Positions 62,994 to 64,000 of a stretch of DNA of 64,000 nucleotides are shown piece by piece. The first letter of the stretch is position 1. The number at the start of each line of letters is the position of its first letter. The DNA is from an uncultured Planctomycetota bacterium (GTDB lineage: Bacteria; Planctomycetota; Planctomycetia; Isosphaerales; Isosphaeraceae): positions 64,001-128,000 of the forward strand of contig CAWGMQ010000003.1 of the NCBI GenBank assembly GCA_963823665.1, given 5' to 3'. Made by a program: the position numbers and the translations under genes. Below the pieces are notes generated by a model, which worked only from the letters and a program-made list of their open reading frames with translations, searched no databases and was not told the DNA's origin.

Positions 62994-64000
62994 CCAGTCG
63001 CGAAGCCTGTCGTAGGTAATCCCCAGCTTCTGAGCGAGGTCTGGCAACCACCATTCGTCGCTCTCGAGCTGTTCACGGCCAACGGCCCCCCCGGTGAGAC
63101 CGCGGCGACATAAGAGCTGACGCACCGATGTCGGCGTATAGCCCTTCTGGGTTCTTGGCGTCCGATACCCCTCTCGAGTGAGATGGGCCGCCAGCTCCTT
63201 GATCGTCAGGCCTTCCCGACGCAGTTGCACGATCCGATCCATCATCCGATCGTATTCACCCAGAGACTCGTACCGGGAAACCGACCTGATAATCTCGTGA
63301 CTCGTGGTCTGGCCGCCTCGCCACGTAATCGCAACGCCGGCGCGTTCGGTGTTAGCGCGAACATCGACCACGATGCGCTCGGTGATAAGCCGTATGATCT
63401 CCTTGCGATCCATCGCCGTCGTCTCGGGCGCGTGCCAGAGTGTCGGAATGTCGGCGGCAACCGCCAGGATCCGACCGCGCTCCTCCTCCGTGAGCCGAGT
63501 CGGTTGTTCATTTAAGAATCGATCATACTCTTCCCGCAATTCGCGTTGGGCACGTAGCGCAGCCTCCCACTTTTGCTCCAGCCCCCGAGCCACCAAGCGA
63601 TTCTCGGGCTCGACGGCTTGGTACTGGCGTTCGGCACGCTCGACCTCATAGGAGGCACGCTCAAGCCGTTGCTCCCAGTGCCGGTTGAGATGCTGACGTT
63701 CCCGCTGCAAGCTCTCGATCGCCTTGAGGCTCAACTCCAGGGCTGCCGGTTCCAAAGCCAGGAGGACCTGCTTTGTTACCAGGTCATCAATGGCCGCCGA
63801 CGCCAGCCCCCGACAATCGGATCCCTCGAGGTGCTTTCGCATGCACACGTAGTATGCGGTCGACTTGCTGCGGTAGGTCGCGTGCATCCGCCGCCCGCAG
63901 TTCCCGCAAACCATGACACCCGCCAGAAGCGCCTTGCCGACACGAGGCGCTCCGACTGATCCGGGCTGGTAGCGATTCTGTTGAAGTCGCTCTTGGTTGG
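62994..64000 (-). pseudogene. Large serine recombinase (Zn ribbon + coiled coil); 5' part outside the window, 3' end interrupted
   Basis: ALLAGVMVCGNCGRRM...YYVC, YE.ERAERQY.AVEPENRLVA..LE..WE; similarity ends at RLRDW, at the TIR. Confidence 0.85.

Noticed and set aside
1..64000. tRNA, rRNA or riboswitch
   Set aside because: None recognised by eye; an Infernal/tRNAscan-SE run would be needed to exclude them.

Overview
High-GC bacterial DNA with Planctomycetota hallmarks (DUF1501/DUF1549/DUF1553, DUF1559, kinase-associated ECF sigma factor, FG-GAP kinase); Isosphaeraceae-like is an inference. About 19 single-base frameshifts, several in homopolymers and in housekeeping genes (acnA, pdhA, pdhB), suggest an unpolished long-read assembly, so split ORFs are joined here. 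Core content: mqnD-acnA-pdhABC-lpdA, alkaline phosphatase, esterase, Gfo/Idh/MocA, HlyD-like adaptor and SPFH protein. Accessory content: a SIR2 protein with 41-aa TPR-like tandem repeats next to an ECF remnant; a second SIR2 gene convergent with an eCIS-type AAA+ protein whose catalytic motifs are all substituted; a lectin-like/nucleoside-deoxyribosyltransferase-like fusion; and a kinase/FG-GAP receptor with a kinase-less paralog, an ECF sigma and two TolC-like genes. Several GTAG-type REP hairpins supply the TAG stop codon of the upstream gene. A TIR-bounded tyrosine-transposase remnant truncates a large serine recombinase at the right end. All family calls come from motif recognition by eye; no database search was run.
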